A stretch of DNA of 64,000 nt from IMG/VR virus record IMGVR_UViG_3300029518_000200. One strand, 5' to 3'. Source of the stretch: a virus (lineage: Duplodnaviria > Heunggongvirae > Uroviricota > Caudoviricetes). Shown here one piece after another: positions 19,163 through 29,126 of this stretch; within the stretch, counting starts at the first letter, position 1; every line of letters starts with the position of its first letter. Under the pieces are notes generated by a model, which was not told the origin of the DNA, ran no database searches, and saw nothing but the letters and a program-made list of their open reading frames with translations. Position numbers and translations under genes: made by a program.

Positions 19163-20932
19163 TTACTGCATTTGGCTGATCGCTTTTTTAAACCTGCCAT
19201 ACATATGATCAGGAATAATGAGCCTGCCAACTTTTGCGCCTTCAAAAGCGGATATGTCAACAATAGTTCTTGTTGGACTGTCTGTATCATCAACAAATTC
19301 CAGTTCATCAATAACTGCTCCGCTGAGTGCATGGTAATCAATACGCATTCCAGCCTTTATTACGAGGCTGTTAAATTTTACTGACTCAAAACAACCGTCA
19401 GCGAACTTGCGAACATTTAACGGAAGCTTAATGTCTGTAAGCTTATTGCAATCTTCAAAACAGCGTGTTGATATTGTTTTGATATTATCGCAGGCTGACA
19501 TATCAACCGACTGAAGATCTTTGCAACTACAGAATATTGACGGCTGAAGCTTTGTCAGTTTGTTAGAAAGCACCGCTTTACGAATGCCTGTGCCTGCAAA
19601 CGATGTACTTCCAAGTTCTTTGATCTGACTGAAGTCAAAGGCTGTTAACATTTCGCAGTTACAGAAAGCGCTGTCACAAACAACTGTTATGTTTGGAGCA
19701 TTTACAGTTTTCAGCTTGCAACAGTCTATGAAAGCGTATCTTGGAATTGTCGTAATTGACTCTGGGAGTGTAACATCTGTTAACTCATAACATCTATTAA
19801 ATACCCCTCTGCCAAGCTTTGTTACTCTATCCGGAACAATAATACTTTTAATGCCTGATGAACCAAATGCACCATTACCTATCTGTCTAAGGTCCTCAGG
19901 CAGATGAATGTTTTTAATGCCACTGTTATAAAAAGCGCACTGCTCAATTGTTCGGATACTGTCTGGCAGTGAGATTTCTCTCAGCATTGTTGTTCCCATG
20001 AATGCAGCAGCTTTGATGCTTGACAGATTCTCAGTATGTCCTGTAAAAGCGACGGTCTGCAAACTTGTGCAGTGTGCTGCCAGTTCTTTAGGAATGCATA
20101 AATTATCGGCAATTGCTAGTCCGTCAGGAACATTGATTGTCAGTTTCTTCAGAGATTTGCAGTCAGAGAATGCTTTTTCCTCGACTTCTGAGATGTCTTC
20201 GATAGTAACATCTTCTACTCCTGTTTTCATAAATGCGCATGCACTGACATATGTATGGGCAGGAATGACATTTACTGACAGGTTGTGACACTCAAGGAAT
20301 GCAGAGTCCTTTATGAACAATGCTTTGCTGATGTCTATTTCTTCCAGATTAGTACAGTAGTAGAAGCATCTTTCCGGGATAAGCACCCAATTTGATTCAA
20401 AATTTACACTGCGAAGCTGCTGACAGTTAGAAAACATTGCTTTGTTCAGTCTGAGGTTTTTAGGAACGTTAATACTTTTGACCTTTATAGCACTAAAAAC
20501 ACTAATTCCTGTTGATAGAACATTTTTTGGATCCGGCAGAGTTAACTGTTTAATGCCTGCATTGTAAAAGGCGTAATCGCCTATTTTTGTTAGGGTTGTA
20601 GGCAGTATAACTTCTACCAGTGAACCACAATTCATAAAAGTCCTGTCCTTTACGGTCTCAAGTCCTTCAGGAAAATTAATCTTTTTGAGATTAAAACAGT
20701 CTGCAAATGCTTTTGACTCAATACACTTAATTCCCTCTGGCAGGATTACTTCTTCCACATCGGCACTGGCGAAGCACATTTTGCCGATAGTCTTCACATC
20801 TGCTGGGATTGTTATTGCTGTACAGCCGTTTAATTCACAGCTGATAAGCGTACTGTTCTCAATTGTGAATACTGGTTCCTGTTTATAGGTTTCTTTCTTC
20901 ATGCGTCCCGTTTCTTTGATAATTAATTCCAT
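19163..20932 (-). CDS. BspA-type leucine-rich-repeat protein, no signal peptide
   Basis: LRR_5 repeats; paralog of 17304-19052. Confidence 0.7.
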   Translation of the reverse strand: MELIIKETGRMKKETYKQEPVFTIENSTLISCELNGCTAITIPADVKTIGKMCFASADVEEVILPEGIKCIESKAFADCFNLKKINFPEGLETVKDRTFMNCGSLVEVILPTTLTKIGDYAFYNAGIKQLTLPDPKNVLSTGISVFSAIKVKSINVPKNLRLNKAMFSNCQQLRSVNFESNWVLIPERCFYYCTNLEEIDISKALFIKDSAFLECHNLSVNVIPAHTYVSACAFMKTGVEDVTIEDISEVEEKAFSDCKSLKKLTINVPDGLAIADNLCIPKELAAHCTSLQTVAFTGHTENLSSIKAAAFMGTTMLREISLPDSIRTIEQCAFYNSGIKNIHLPEDLRQIGNGAFGSSGIKSIIVPDRVTKLGRGVFNRCYELTDVTLPESITTIPRYAFIDCCKLKTVNAPNITVVCDSAFCNCEMLTAFDFSQIKELGSTSFAGTGIRKAVLSNKLTKLQPSIFCSCKDLQSVDMSACDNIKTISTRCFEDCNKLTDIKLPLNVRKFADGCFESVKFNSLVIKAGMRIDYHALSGAVIDELEFVDDTDSPTRTIVDISAFEGAKVGRLIIPDHMYGRFKKAISQMQ

Positions 20933-21089
20933 ATTATTTTTTCCTCCTTTATATAATTGAATATGAAATAAAAGCTACAGAATAAATATGGATTTTGTTT
21001 TGGACAAAATTGGATTTGTAAATATTATATATATAAGAATTAGGCTGTTTACGGCCAAGTAATTTATACATACATAGGAGGACATTATT

Positions 21090-22016
21090 ATGTCAGAAAC
21101 ACAAAGACCACAGATCAGCGCTATGATAACCAGAATGGACATCAATCTGCTGACAGAAAGACATGGATCCAGTGCAATTGCTCCGGACAATGATTACGTA
21201 TTCGGAATGTGCAGAAGTCTTGAGGACTGTATTGAACCGACAAGCAGCGATGAATATGCTGATATTATCACAATGGTTAAGGATTATTATGCAGCAGAGT
21301 ATTTAAGAACACTTATAAGACGCATTGCAGGAGTCAGATACGCAGATGCTAAGAGCCAGAAAGAATTCTGCGACAAGTGTCGCAAGCTGTATTTTATTAC
21401 AGTTGATGAGAACAATAATGATTTCTTATATGACATTCCTGACTGCAAGGACATTAGCTTTAAACATGAGTTTGTTAACTGGAATGATCTGAATACAAAG
21501 TCACCGTTTCTTGGACTTCTTGTCATGATGGGTTCATATACTGCTTCGCAGACTGCCATGCACATGGCTTCACACTGGGAGGAGAAAATAGCGGATGCTT
21601 ATGATGATGATGTTAACGCTATTGTTAATCAGATCTGGGCAAAGAGATTTCGTTTTGAAGATGTCAGCGATGTTGACAAGACAATTACATGCGTAGGTGT
21701 CTATGCTGCTGATGAAGATGGTAACAGAACTACTTCGGCAGTTCCATTACATTACATTGATTGTGATGACGACTTGTTTTCCGGCATTACTGCTGACGAT
21801 ATTACATGCGTGCCAATTAACATTGTTGCCGAGGGAATACTTGATACACTTAACAATTTAAGCATGCAGATTGGAGTAGAGTCTCTGATTAACTTCTACA
21901 ACATCATTGAGGAAGCAAAGGGAGAAGATGATCTCTGCGATGGTGATTGTGACAACTGTGAGTGCTGCGAAGATTGTGCTGACGACGAGTCAGAATTTGA
22001 CGAGGTTGATGATTAA
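21090..22016 (+). CDS. hypothetical highly acidic protein with a Cys/Asp/Glu-rich C-terminal tail
   Basis: ORF after a class-B promoter; tail DDLCDGDCDNCECCEDCADDESEFDEVDD. Confidence 0.5.
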   Translation: MSETQRPQISAMITRMDINLLTERHGSSAIAPDNDYVFGMCRSLEDCIEPTSSDEYADIITMVKDYYAAEYLRTLIRRIAGVRYADAKSQKEFCDKCRKLYFITVDENNNDFLYDIPDCKDISFKHEFVNWNDLNTKSPFLGLLVMMGSYTASQTAMHMASHWEEKIADAYDDDVNAIVNQIWAKRFRFEDVSDVDKTITCVGVYAADEDGNRTTSAVPLHYIDCDDDLFSGITADDITCVPINIVAEGILDTLNNLSMQIGVESLINFYNIIEEAKGEDDLCDGDCDNCECCEDCADDESEFDEVDD

Positions 22017-22094
22017 CAGGTTTATTGCAAAGAGGGGCCTTTTGCGAGGCTCTTTTTTGTTACTGGCAGTGAAAAGCGAAAGGAGAGTACTATT

Positions 22095-24197
22095 TTGAGA
22101 AAAGGTCAGGAGAAGCTGATTAAAAGAGCAGAAGAACTGCTGCCAAAAGAATTTGTGGAAAAGCTCATGGACGAGTCGTTTACCATTGAACAGCTTGAAT
22201 CGTTATTTCGCTGGATGTTTTGGTTCAAAGACTGCCCGGAAATACTTGATGACTGGGATACTTTTTGTCAGGATGCATTTTCTCTCAAGCATGTATATGC
22301 GATAACAGGAGACTGGCAGCGGACACATGAACTCTGTACTTACATGAAAGAAAAATTTCATGGCTGCAGGTATTATGTCATGGATGATTACTGGCAGGCA
22401 TTTGCTTACAGGATATATTCTGCGAAAAAGGATGATCAGTACTTATTCAACAAGGATGATATGACACATATCCTTGATTATATACGTGAAAATATTCTTT
22501 GCAACGATTATTCTGATTGCAAGTCGAGTAAGGACTTTTTAGGAGTTTCTGATGAATTCAGTGATTACAGTGACTTTATGTATAAATTTATAAAAGTAAA
22601 TTCTGGCATAGGGCTTGCGCTGGTATTAATTGAAGAAGGCACATGTTCTAAAGACATGGATGAAATCTTAAGGATTATACGGCTTACGTCTCAGATGGTT
22701 AACGGTGGCATGGAAGCGAGGGCACGGTGTTATATTAAAGCAGGCATTACTGACGAAGAGTGGATTCAGTACGAACAGATGATTGAGAATAATGTTTTTA
22801 ACAGGAATATTGTGGCAGCAGAAATTGCCTTCAAATATTATCCGGGCTTTAAGGATCTTGTTGACAGCATTATGGAAAGAAATGATGCATCCTTATATTT
22901 CATCAGTAACGAGCTGGGTAACGGTTACAGCAGTGGACGTATAAATCTTACTAACACTGAGTTTGTCGAGCCGATCTTTAATACATGTACTAAGCTTGAC
23001 TGCGCGGAATTTGGCAGCGAAAATATTGTGTCTGTTAATGAGCCAGTCATAAAGTTTTCATGGAAGATTACTTTCTCAGGAATATTCTTAACGTTTAGAA
23101 AATACGAAAGCACTGCCATATATAATGCACATTCGCGGGATGACTCCAATTATGGAGATGAACCATTATATTCGTGCCGACATGATGGACGCACTAAATT
23201 GGACAGAACATATCTGTTTACGAATGATTATAGCGTTCTTATGCAGATTCCATCAGGAAAATGGGTACCAGCCGGTTTTCATACAATTAACAATGATGTC
23301 AGAAAAGGATGCGGCTTTATAGGAACTATATTATCGTGGTTTTTTCAGCGTATTAAAGATGCAAAAGAATGTGTGTGGAAAGATATTATGGCATATTCTG
23401 TCAGGGATTATGACCTGCTGCCAGCATTTACCTGCAACGAGATTACTGCTGGGCACACTCTTAATGAAGTAATGAATGCCCATTATAAAAATGCAGGCTT
23501 TATCGACTGGAGCAGATGTGACCTGCGCCTTGGGTATCTCATTATGCAGGCCCTGCCACTTGTTAATGAAAAAAGCAGAAACTTTCTGCTGGCAAACAAA
23601 TATATGAGCTTTGAAGAATTCATGAAAACCTATTGTGTTCATGCCAAGAGAATTTACATTGATCCGGAAATAAAAAGAGTGGATTCAAGACGTTATGTTG
23701 TTAAAAGATTTTTATTTGAAATCATTCAAAAGAGAATTGGTGCTGACATAGATCCAATTATTTATGATTATATTGATATGTCAGAAATGCTGCACAGAAA
23801 GATTTCAATCATGTTTACATCTGAAAAGAAGGTTAATGATGCGCATGATGATCTGGCGAAGGAGCTTACGGCTAAAAACACTCCAAATGTAAAGGTTCCC
23901 AAGAATTCAAAGTTTAATCGTCTCGCAAAGCTGCTGCCAGATGATATGGAATGGATTAAATCTAAAAGGAGACTTGTTCGGGAAGGCAGTGAAATGCACA
24001 ACTGTGTTGCCGAATATGCGAATAAAATCAACAAAGATTCCTGTGCTATATATTCATTTGTGTATAACAACAAGCGGTATACAGTAGAATTTGTTGCATA
24101 CAAAAACAGGTATTCCATTAAGCAGCTCTATGGCGTCTGCAACAGCGAACCGGAAGCAGGCGTTGAGGATTACGTAAAAGGATTTTTAGCAGAATAA
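22095..24197 (+). CDS. large hypothetical protein (700 aa). The C-terminal block EGSEMHNCVAEY...KRYTVEF may be PcfJ-like; this is uncertain.
   Basis: long ORF followed by a rho-independent terminator. Confidence 0.5.
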   Translation: MRKGQEKLIKRAEELLPKEFVEKLMDESFTIEQLESLFRWMFWFKDCPEILDDWDTFCQDAFSLKHVYAITGDWQRTHELCTYMKEKFHGCRYYVMDDYWQAFAYRIYSAKKDDQYLFNKDDMTHILDYIRENILCNDYSDCKSSKDFLGVSDEFSDYSDFMYKFIKVNSGIGLALVLIEEGTCSKDMDEILRIIRLTSQMVNGGMEARARCYIKAGITDEEWIQYEQMIENNVFNRNIVAAEIAFKYYPGFKDLVDSIMERNDASLYFISNELGNGYSSGRINLTNTEFVEPIFNTCTKLDCAEFGSENIVSVNEPVIKFSWKITFSGIFLTFRKYESTAIYNAHSRDDSNYGDEPLYSCRHDGRTKLDRTYLFTNDYSVLMQIPSGKWVPAGFHTINNDVRKGCGFIGTILSWFFQRIKDAKECVWKDIMAYSVRDYDLLPAFTCNEITAGHTLNEVMNAHYKNAGFIDWSRCDLRLGYLIMQALPLVNEKSRNFLLANKYMSFEEFMKTYCVHAKRIYIDPEIKRVDSRRYVVKRFLFEIIQKRIGADIDPIIYDYIDMSEMLHRKISIMFTSEKKVNDAHDDLAKELTAKNTPNVKVPKNSKFNRLAKLLPDDMEWIKSKRRLVREGSEMHNCVAEYANKINKDSCAIYSFVYNNKRYTVEFVAYKNRYSIKQLYGVCNSEPEAGVEDYVKGFLAE

Positions 24198-24277
24198 TTG
24201 TGAGGAGAGTATTGGTTAAAAACTGATACTCTTTTTTTATGTTTATTGACGGGATTATTTGTCAGCAAGAAAGACTA

Positions 24278-25416
24278 GTATTAAGAATATATGATACCGG
24301 ATAGTTGCATACAGTATCAGCAATAAGCAATACTGTTTACAATTAAATAGTATCAAGAGTATATGATACTAATTGATTTGCTGACAAGGGTGGGCAGTAT
24401 TATTGGTATCAGTAATATATGATACCGGATTATTGCGGACAGTATTAGCTATGTATGATACTAATTGCTGGCGAATGGTATTACTAATATATGATACTTT
24501 TTAAGGAATGATTGTCAGCAGGATAAATGGTATCAGGTATGTATGATACTAAATGATTGTTAACAGTATTAGTATATACGTAATACTTTTGAAGATATAT
24601 GGTATCATACATGTGTGATACTATTTTGATAAGAAGAAACTGGTATCAGTATATATGTAATACCAGATAGCTGTAAACGGTATTACTAATATATGATACT
24701 AATTGTTGGCAAATGGTATTACTAATATATGATACTTTTTAAAGAATGATTGTCAGCAGGATAATTGGTATCAGGTATGTATGATACTAAATAATTGTAA
24801 ACGGTATTAGTATATACGTAATACTTTTTGAAAGTGTTTGGTATCAGCAATATGTGATACTAAATTATTTGCTGACAGGATAGCTTGTTAACGGTATTAC
24901 TATATACATGATACTATTTGCGGCAAAATGGTATTACTAATATGTAATACTTTTCAGGGATATTTGGTATTAGTAATATATGTTACCGGATAATCGGGTA
25001 TCAAGAATATATGATACCAATTAATTGCAAACAGTATTAGTATATACATAATACTTTTAAGCCAGTCTGGTATCAGATATGTGTAATACTATTTTAATAG
25101 GAAGAAACTGGTATCAGTATATATATGATACTAATTGATTGTAAACGGTATTAGTATATATGTGATACTTTTTGAAGGTATTTGGTATCAAGCATGTGTG
25201 ATACTAAATAGTTTGTTATGAGAATATTTGCTGACGGTATTAGTAATAAATGATACTAATTTGTGGCAGATGGTATTAGTAATAGATAATACTTTTCAGG
25301 AATATTTGGCAGCAGTGAGTTTGGTATTAAACATGTATGATACTAATTAACTGTAAACGGTATTAGTATATATATAATACTTTTTGAAAATATATGGTAT
25401 CAAGAATATATGATAC
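24278..25416. repeat. array of about 29 palindromic sites GGTATYA-N8-TGATACT, spaced about 35-50 bp apart, with a higher-order period of about 240 bp
   Basis: read directly; examples ggtatcagtaatatatgatacc, ggtatcaggtatgtatgatact, ggtattactaatatatgatact. Confidence 0.9.
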
Positions 25417-25900
25417 TAAATAACTTGCTGCGAGGGTATTTGTTAACACGCGGAAGCAGTATTTATTAGTGAGAAATGACTTGTTAAGGATTATTGCGGG
25501 GAAACAGGCATTGTTTAAGGGATTATTGGCAGGAGATAAGATAAATATAATAAGGAAAAATGCTAGGGGAAATCTGGCAAGAAGATATTTTGTTACGAGT
25601 TAATTGCACACGAAAAATACTGTAAATACTAGGAGTTAATGGGAAACAAGGGATTAAGAAGACTTTGTGTGGAAAGATACTGGTAACAAAAGGATTGTTG
25701 CGGAGCGAGGCGTGTTAAATATTAACTTTTGGGGAGTTAACTTAATACTAAACTTATTATTTTACAAGAGGGCTTAGGCAGGGGGCCGTCAAAATAATAA
25801 GTCAGGAAACCTTCTTATCAGGAAAGTAATTTGGGACAGAAGAGATTAAAAAACATCAACTGCTGAGAAGTAATTGCTGACGGATAGGTGTTGACAAGAA
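25417..25900. repeat. purine-rich non-coding tract with reiterated short motifs (ATTATTGSSGG, TTGCTGACRG, GTTAA)
   Basis: no ORF; the motifs continue the spacer motifs of the palindrome array. Confidence 0.6.
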
Positions 25901-25928
25901 AGATGCCTAGAAGAGTGGTAAAGAAAAA

Positions 25929-25978
25929 TAGTAGTATACACGCTACTACTTTTAAAATAGTAGTAGATTTTTATCTAC
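25929..25978 (+). promoter_or_regulatory. two adjacent hairpins (AGTAGTA-7-TACTACT and AGTAGAT-4-ATCTACT), candidate oriT/nic region upstream of the relaxase gene
   Basis: perfect 7-bp inverted repeats read in the sequence. The position upstream of the mob gene is typical of MOBV plasmids. Confidence 0.4.
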
Positions 25979-26048
25979 TTCTTTTAAATTTGTCTAAAAT
26001 CCATATTTGTATCACATTAAAAAATGATAATTAAAGAGGTGATACAAA

Positions 26049-27224
26049 ATGGGTGGAACAGCGTCTATTAGAATTGTACCAATTCATTCAAAAACAACTA
26101 TACAGAGAACAGAATTACATAATGAACGAAAAGAAGGAGACCTTACCGGTAAACATATAGACAAAAATAAAATCATACATAATAAGACTCTCATTGGCAG
26201 TGCAAACGATGACTTTTACAGAAAGGTTGTAGAAAAGATAACAGAACAGGAGTTCACAGATGACGGATGGAATATTTCAGAATCAGCATTTAATAAGGAA
26301 AACTTAAGGTTTGCAAATGGCAGAAAGGTGCGGTCAGATGCAATTCTTGCAGCAGAAGCCATAGCTCATTATCCCGGTCAGATGAATATAACTGAAATGG
26401 GAGACCGTTATCCTGCTAATCCGGATGAATTTCAAAAGTGGCAGGACAATACTATTAAATTTTTGCAGAACAAATTCGGTAAAGAAAATGTTATCAATGC
26501 GGTTTTGCATATGGATGAAAGCTCACCGCATATCCATGCTGTAGTGATTCCAATATGTAAGAATAAAAATAATGAGAATACGTTGAAATTTTGTCATTAT
26601 GTTGATGGTAAGAAAGGCTGTGCACAGCTTCAGACTGAATATGCAAAAGCAGTCGGTTACGAACGCGGTGTCAGCCAGCAGAACGTTAACTATCAGAGCA
26701 TCAAGCAGGCAAGGGCAATACTTACTCAGAGTGTAGGTGCCGAACTGCCGCCGGTTGAAAAAAGAGAGTCAGCTAAAGAATACCGTGAAAGGGTAAATCC
26801 TGAATATGAAAAGGTGAGAGTACAGAGAGACGTAGCAACTGCTGATGTTAAGAAATATAAGAATGTTCAGAAACAGGCTGCTAAAAAGGATCAGATTATT
26901 GAGTCACAAAAACAACAGATTGATGATTTAAACAAGCGCTTAAAGATTGCTGAAGCTGAAGCACTGAAATATAAAGAGGAAAAGGAAATGGAGAAGCTTG
27001 GCATGATGATAAGCGATAATACTCAGGAGGAGAATGAACTTTATTACAGACTTCAGAGAAACTATATTACTCTTGGCGAAAAGTATGTTATGGAGCACAG
27101 CAAGACTCAGGATATTATTGACAAAGACAATGATGGTGTTGACGACAGAATTACAGGTTTTAGGGATGAAGACCATGATGGCATTGATGACAGGTATGAA
27201 GAACCAGAGGATATTGGCAATTAA
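26049..27224 (+). CDS. MOBV-family (Mob_Pre/MobM-like) relaxase
   Basis: HMDESSPHIHAVV matches the HxDE...PHxH metal-binding motif; N-terminal ...R.V.IHSK...H.ER; coiled-coil C-terminus. Confidence 0.7.
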   Translation: MGGTASIRIVPIHSKTTIQRTELHNERKEGDLTGKHIDKNKIIHNKTLIGSANDDFYRKVVEKITEQEFTDDGWNISESAFNKENLRFANGRKVRSDAILAAEAIAHYPGQMNITEMGDRYPANPDEFQKWQDNTIKFLQNKFGKENVINAVLHMDESSPHIHAVVIPICKNKNNENTLKFCHYVDGKKGCAQLQTEYAKAVGYERGVSQQNVNYQSIKQARAILTQSVGAELPPVEKRESAKEYRERVNPEYEKVRVQRDVATADVKKYKNVQKQAAKKDQIIESQKQQIDDLNKRLKIAEAEALKYKEEKEMEKLGMMISDNTQEENELYYRLQRNYITLGEKYVMEHSKTQDIIDKDNDGVDDRITGFRDEDHDGIDDRYEEPEDIGN

Positions 27225-27249
27225 ATCAGCATTTAATTTAAGAACTGTT

Positions 27250-27283
27250 ATTTTTAGCAGTTCTTTTTTTTTGCTGAAACTTT
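27250..27283 (+). terminator. terminator after the relaxase gene
   Basis: agaactgttatttttagcagttct followed by T9. Confidence 0.6.
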
Positions 27284-27341
27284 TCTAAAACTCATATTTA
27301 TTATAGTCATATTAATTAAATAAAAAAGGAGGAAAAATATT

Positions 27342-29126
27342 ATGGCTAATAAGTGGTTAAAAAGAAGTGCTACCCCGGAACACATTTCTGAGATAGTAAA
27401 AGAAAGAACAGGTATGAGTGAGCAGGAGCTTCTAAATGATGTAAAAGTTTATCACATCAATAATATGCAGGAAGCAATGGCATTGTTTACGGATGCTGTC
27501 ATAAAGCGTTATATGATGATATTTCACACAGATTATGATGGTGACGGCATCAATTGTGCAAACATCGCGCGTAATCTTGCCAGCGTTCTTGGCATAACGG
27601 ATCTTGTGAAGGTAGTTGTCCCTAGACGTTTTTCAGACGGCTATGGTGTACAGGTTCGTCATGTTGAAGCCTATGCAGAATGGGGATGTAAACTTCTCAT
27701 TCTTGCAGATAATGGTATTGCTGCCATTGAACCTGTAAAGAGAGCAAAAGAATTAGGAATGAAAGTAATCATTCTGGATCATCATGAGAAATTTGTGAAT
27801 GACCAGAAAGAAGTAGTACTTCCTGATGCAGATGTTCTCTGCGATCCGCATGTAACTGGCGCTGACTTTGTAGACTATTGTGGAGCTGGACTCATGTATA
27901 TATTCGCAAATTCAATTGTGAGTACATGTCCATGGCTCAGCGATGGAGCTAAAGAAAAGTTTCATGCAGTGACAAGCGTATATGCTGCCATTGGTACAGT
28001 TGCCGATGTTGTTCCCCTCACAGGAGAAAACAGACGCATTGTAAAGGCTGGCATCAAAAATGCGCTTGCAGGCAGAGCGTCAACAGGAATGATGGAACTT
28101 CTTAAGGATGCAAACATGCTTGACCGCATAACTGCACCTCAGATGGCATTCTTTCTGTGTCCGATGTTCAATGCATATGAACGTCTGGATGATGGCGGTT
28201 CAGCAGAAGTTTCTGATGCAACATCTTATATGGGTGTGCATGATGAGTCTATTGAAAACAACTGCCAGACTATCAAAGATAAAAATGAGGAACGTAAGAA
28301 ACTTGCAGAAGAGGCTTTTGCTAGAGCGGTTGATTATATCAATGCTAACAATCTGCAAAATGAGCGTTTTATTGTTTTTGTCGATGAAGATGGTTCTGCT
28401 GGAATCAATGGACTTACGGCTGGCAAGATTACAGAAAAGTACCGCCGCCCAAGTATTGTTGTCAGCCCTACGATTGATGATAATATTTTAAAGGGTTCAG
28501 GCCGTTCTCGTTACTGGGCAAATCTTAAAAAGATACTTGATCAGAGCAATGAGTTCATTGAGAAATATGGTGGACATCCGGGTGCCTGCGGTATTACATT
28601 GACAAGAGATAAAATCAATGATTTTATCAAAGCTGTTAATGACCTCACTCCTGAAGCTCCTGCGGAAGAACAGTCTGACATAATCCTTTATGACAAGGAA
28701 TGCAGAGTTGTAAATCTCCGTAAGATGTTTGAAGAGACTGAAAAATACCAGCCGTTCGGTGAAGGCAATCCTGAGATTGTTTTCAGAATTGATGATATTG
28801 ACATCGTTGGCAAAAAGCGTTACAGAGCTGAAGGTGTTGATTATTATCAGTTCATGGGAGCTAATAAGCAGCATGTAAAATTGTTTGCAAATGGTTTCCA
28901 GCTCATCTGGTTTGGTGGAGCAGAAGAGTACAAGAAAATGGGCTGTCCGCTCAAGGTGTCCGTTCTTGGAACGCTTAATGAAAATATATATGTGCCTGAT
29001 CGTGAAGCAATACCTCGTAAAGAGTATCGTACTTTACAGGTTCAGATTACAGACTTAAAGCCTGCTGATGTTGGCGATAAATCTGAATGGCAGAACATTC
29101 CGGATGCAATCGCCGACTTGATGTAA
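27342..29126 (+). CDS. DHH-family phosphoesterase (RecJ-like) with DHHA1 domain
   Basis: HTDYDGDG (motif I), ILDHH (motif III), GGHPGACG (DHHA1 GGGH). Confidence 0.7.
   Translation: MANKWLKRSATPEHISEIVKERTGMSEQELLNDVKVYHINNMQEAMALFTDAVIKRYMMIFHTDYDGDGINCANIARNLASVLGITDLVKVVVPRRFSDGYGVQVRHVEAYAEWGCKLLILADNGIAAIEPVKRAKELGMKVIILDHHEKFVNDQKEVVLPDADVLCDPHVTGADFVDYCGAGLMYIFANSIVSTCPWLSDGAKEKFHAVTSVYAAIGTVADVVPLTGENRRIVKAGIKNALAGRASTGMMELLKDANMLDRITAPQMAFFLCPMFNAYERLDDGGSAEVSDATSYMGVHDESIENNCQTIKDKNEERKKLAEEAFARAVDYINANNLQNERFIVFVDEDGSAGINGLTAGKITEKYRRPSIVVSPTIDDNILKGSGRSRYWANLKKILDQSNEFIEKYGGHPGACGITLTRDKINDFIKAVNDLTPEAPAEEQSDIILYDKECRVVNLRKMFEETEKYQPFGEGNPEIVFRIDDIDIVGKKRYRAEGVDYYQFMGANKQHVKLFANGFQLIWFGGAEEYKKMGCPLKVSVLGTLNENIYVPDREAIPRKEYRTLQVQITDLKPADVGDKSEWQNIPDAIADLM

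Noticed and set aside
24278-25416. Possible CRISPR array
   Set aside because: The units are dyad-symmetric protein-binding-like sites with variable spacing and variable inter-site sequence. There is no constant direct repeat of 28-37 bp with unique spacers, and no cas genes.
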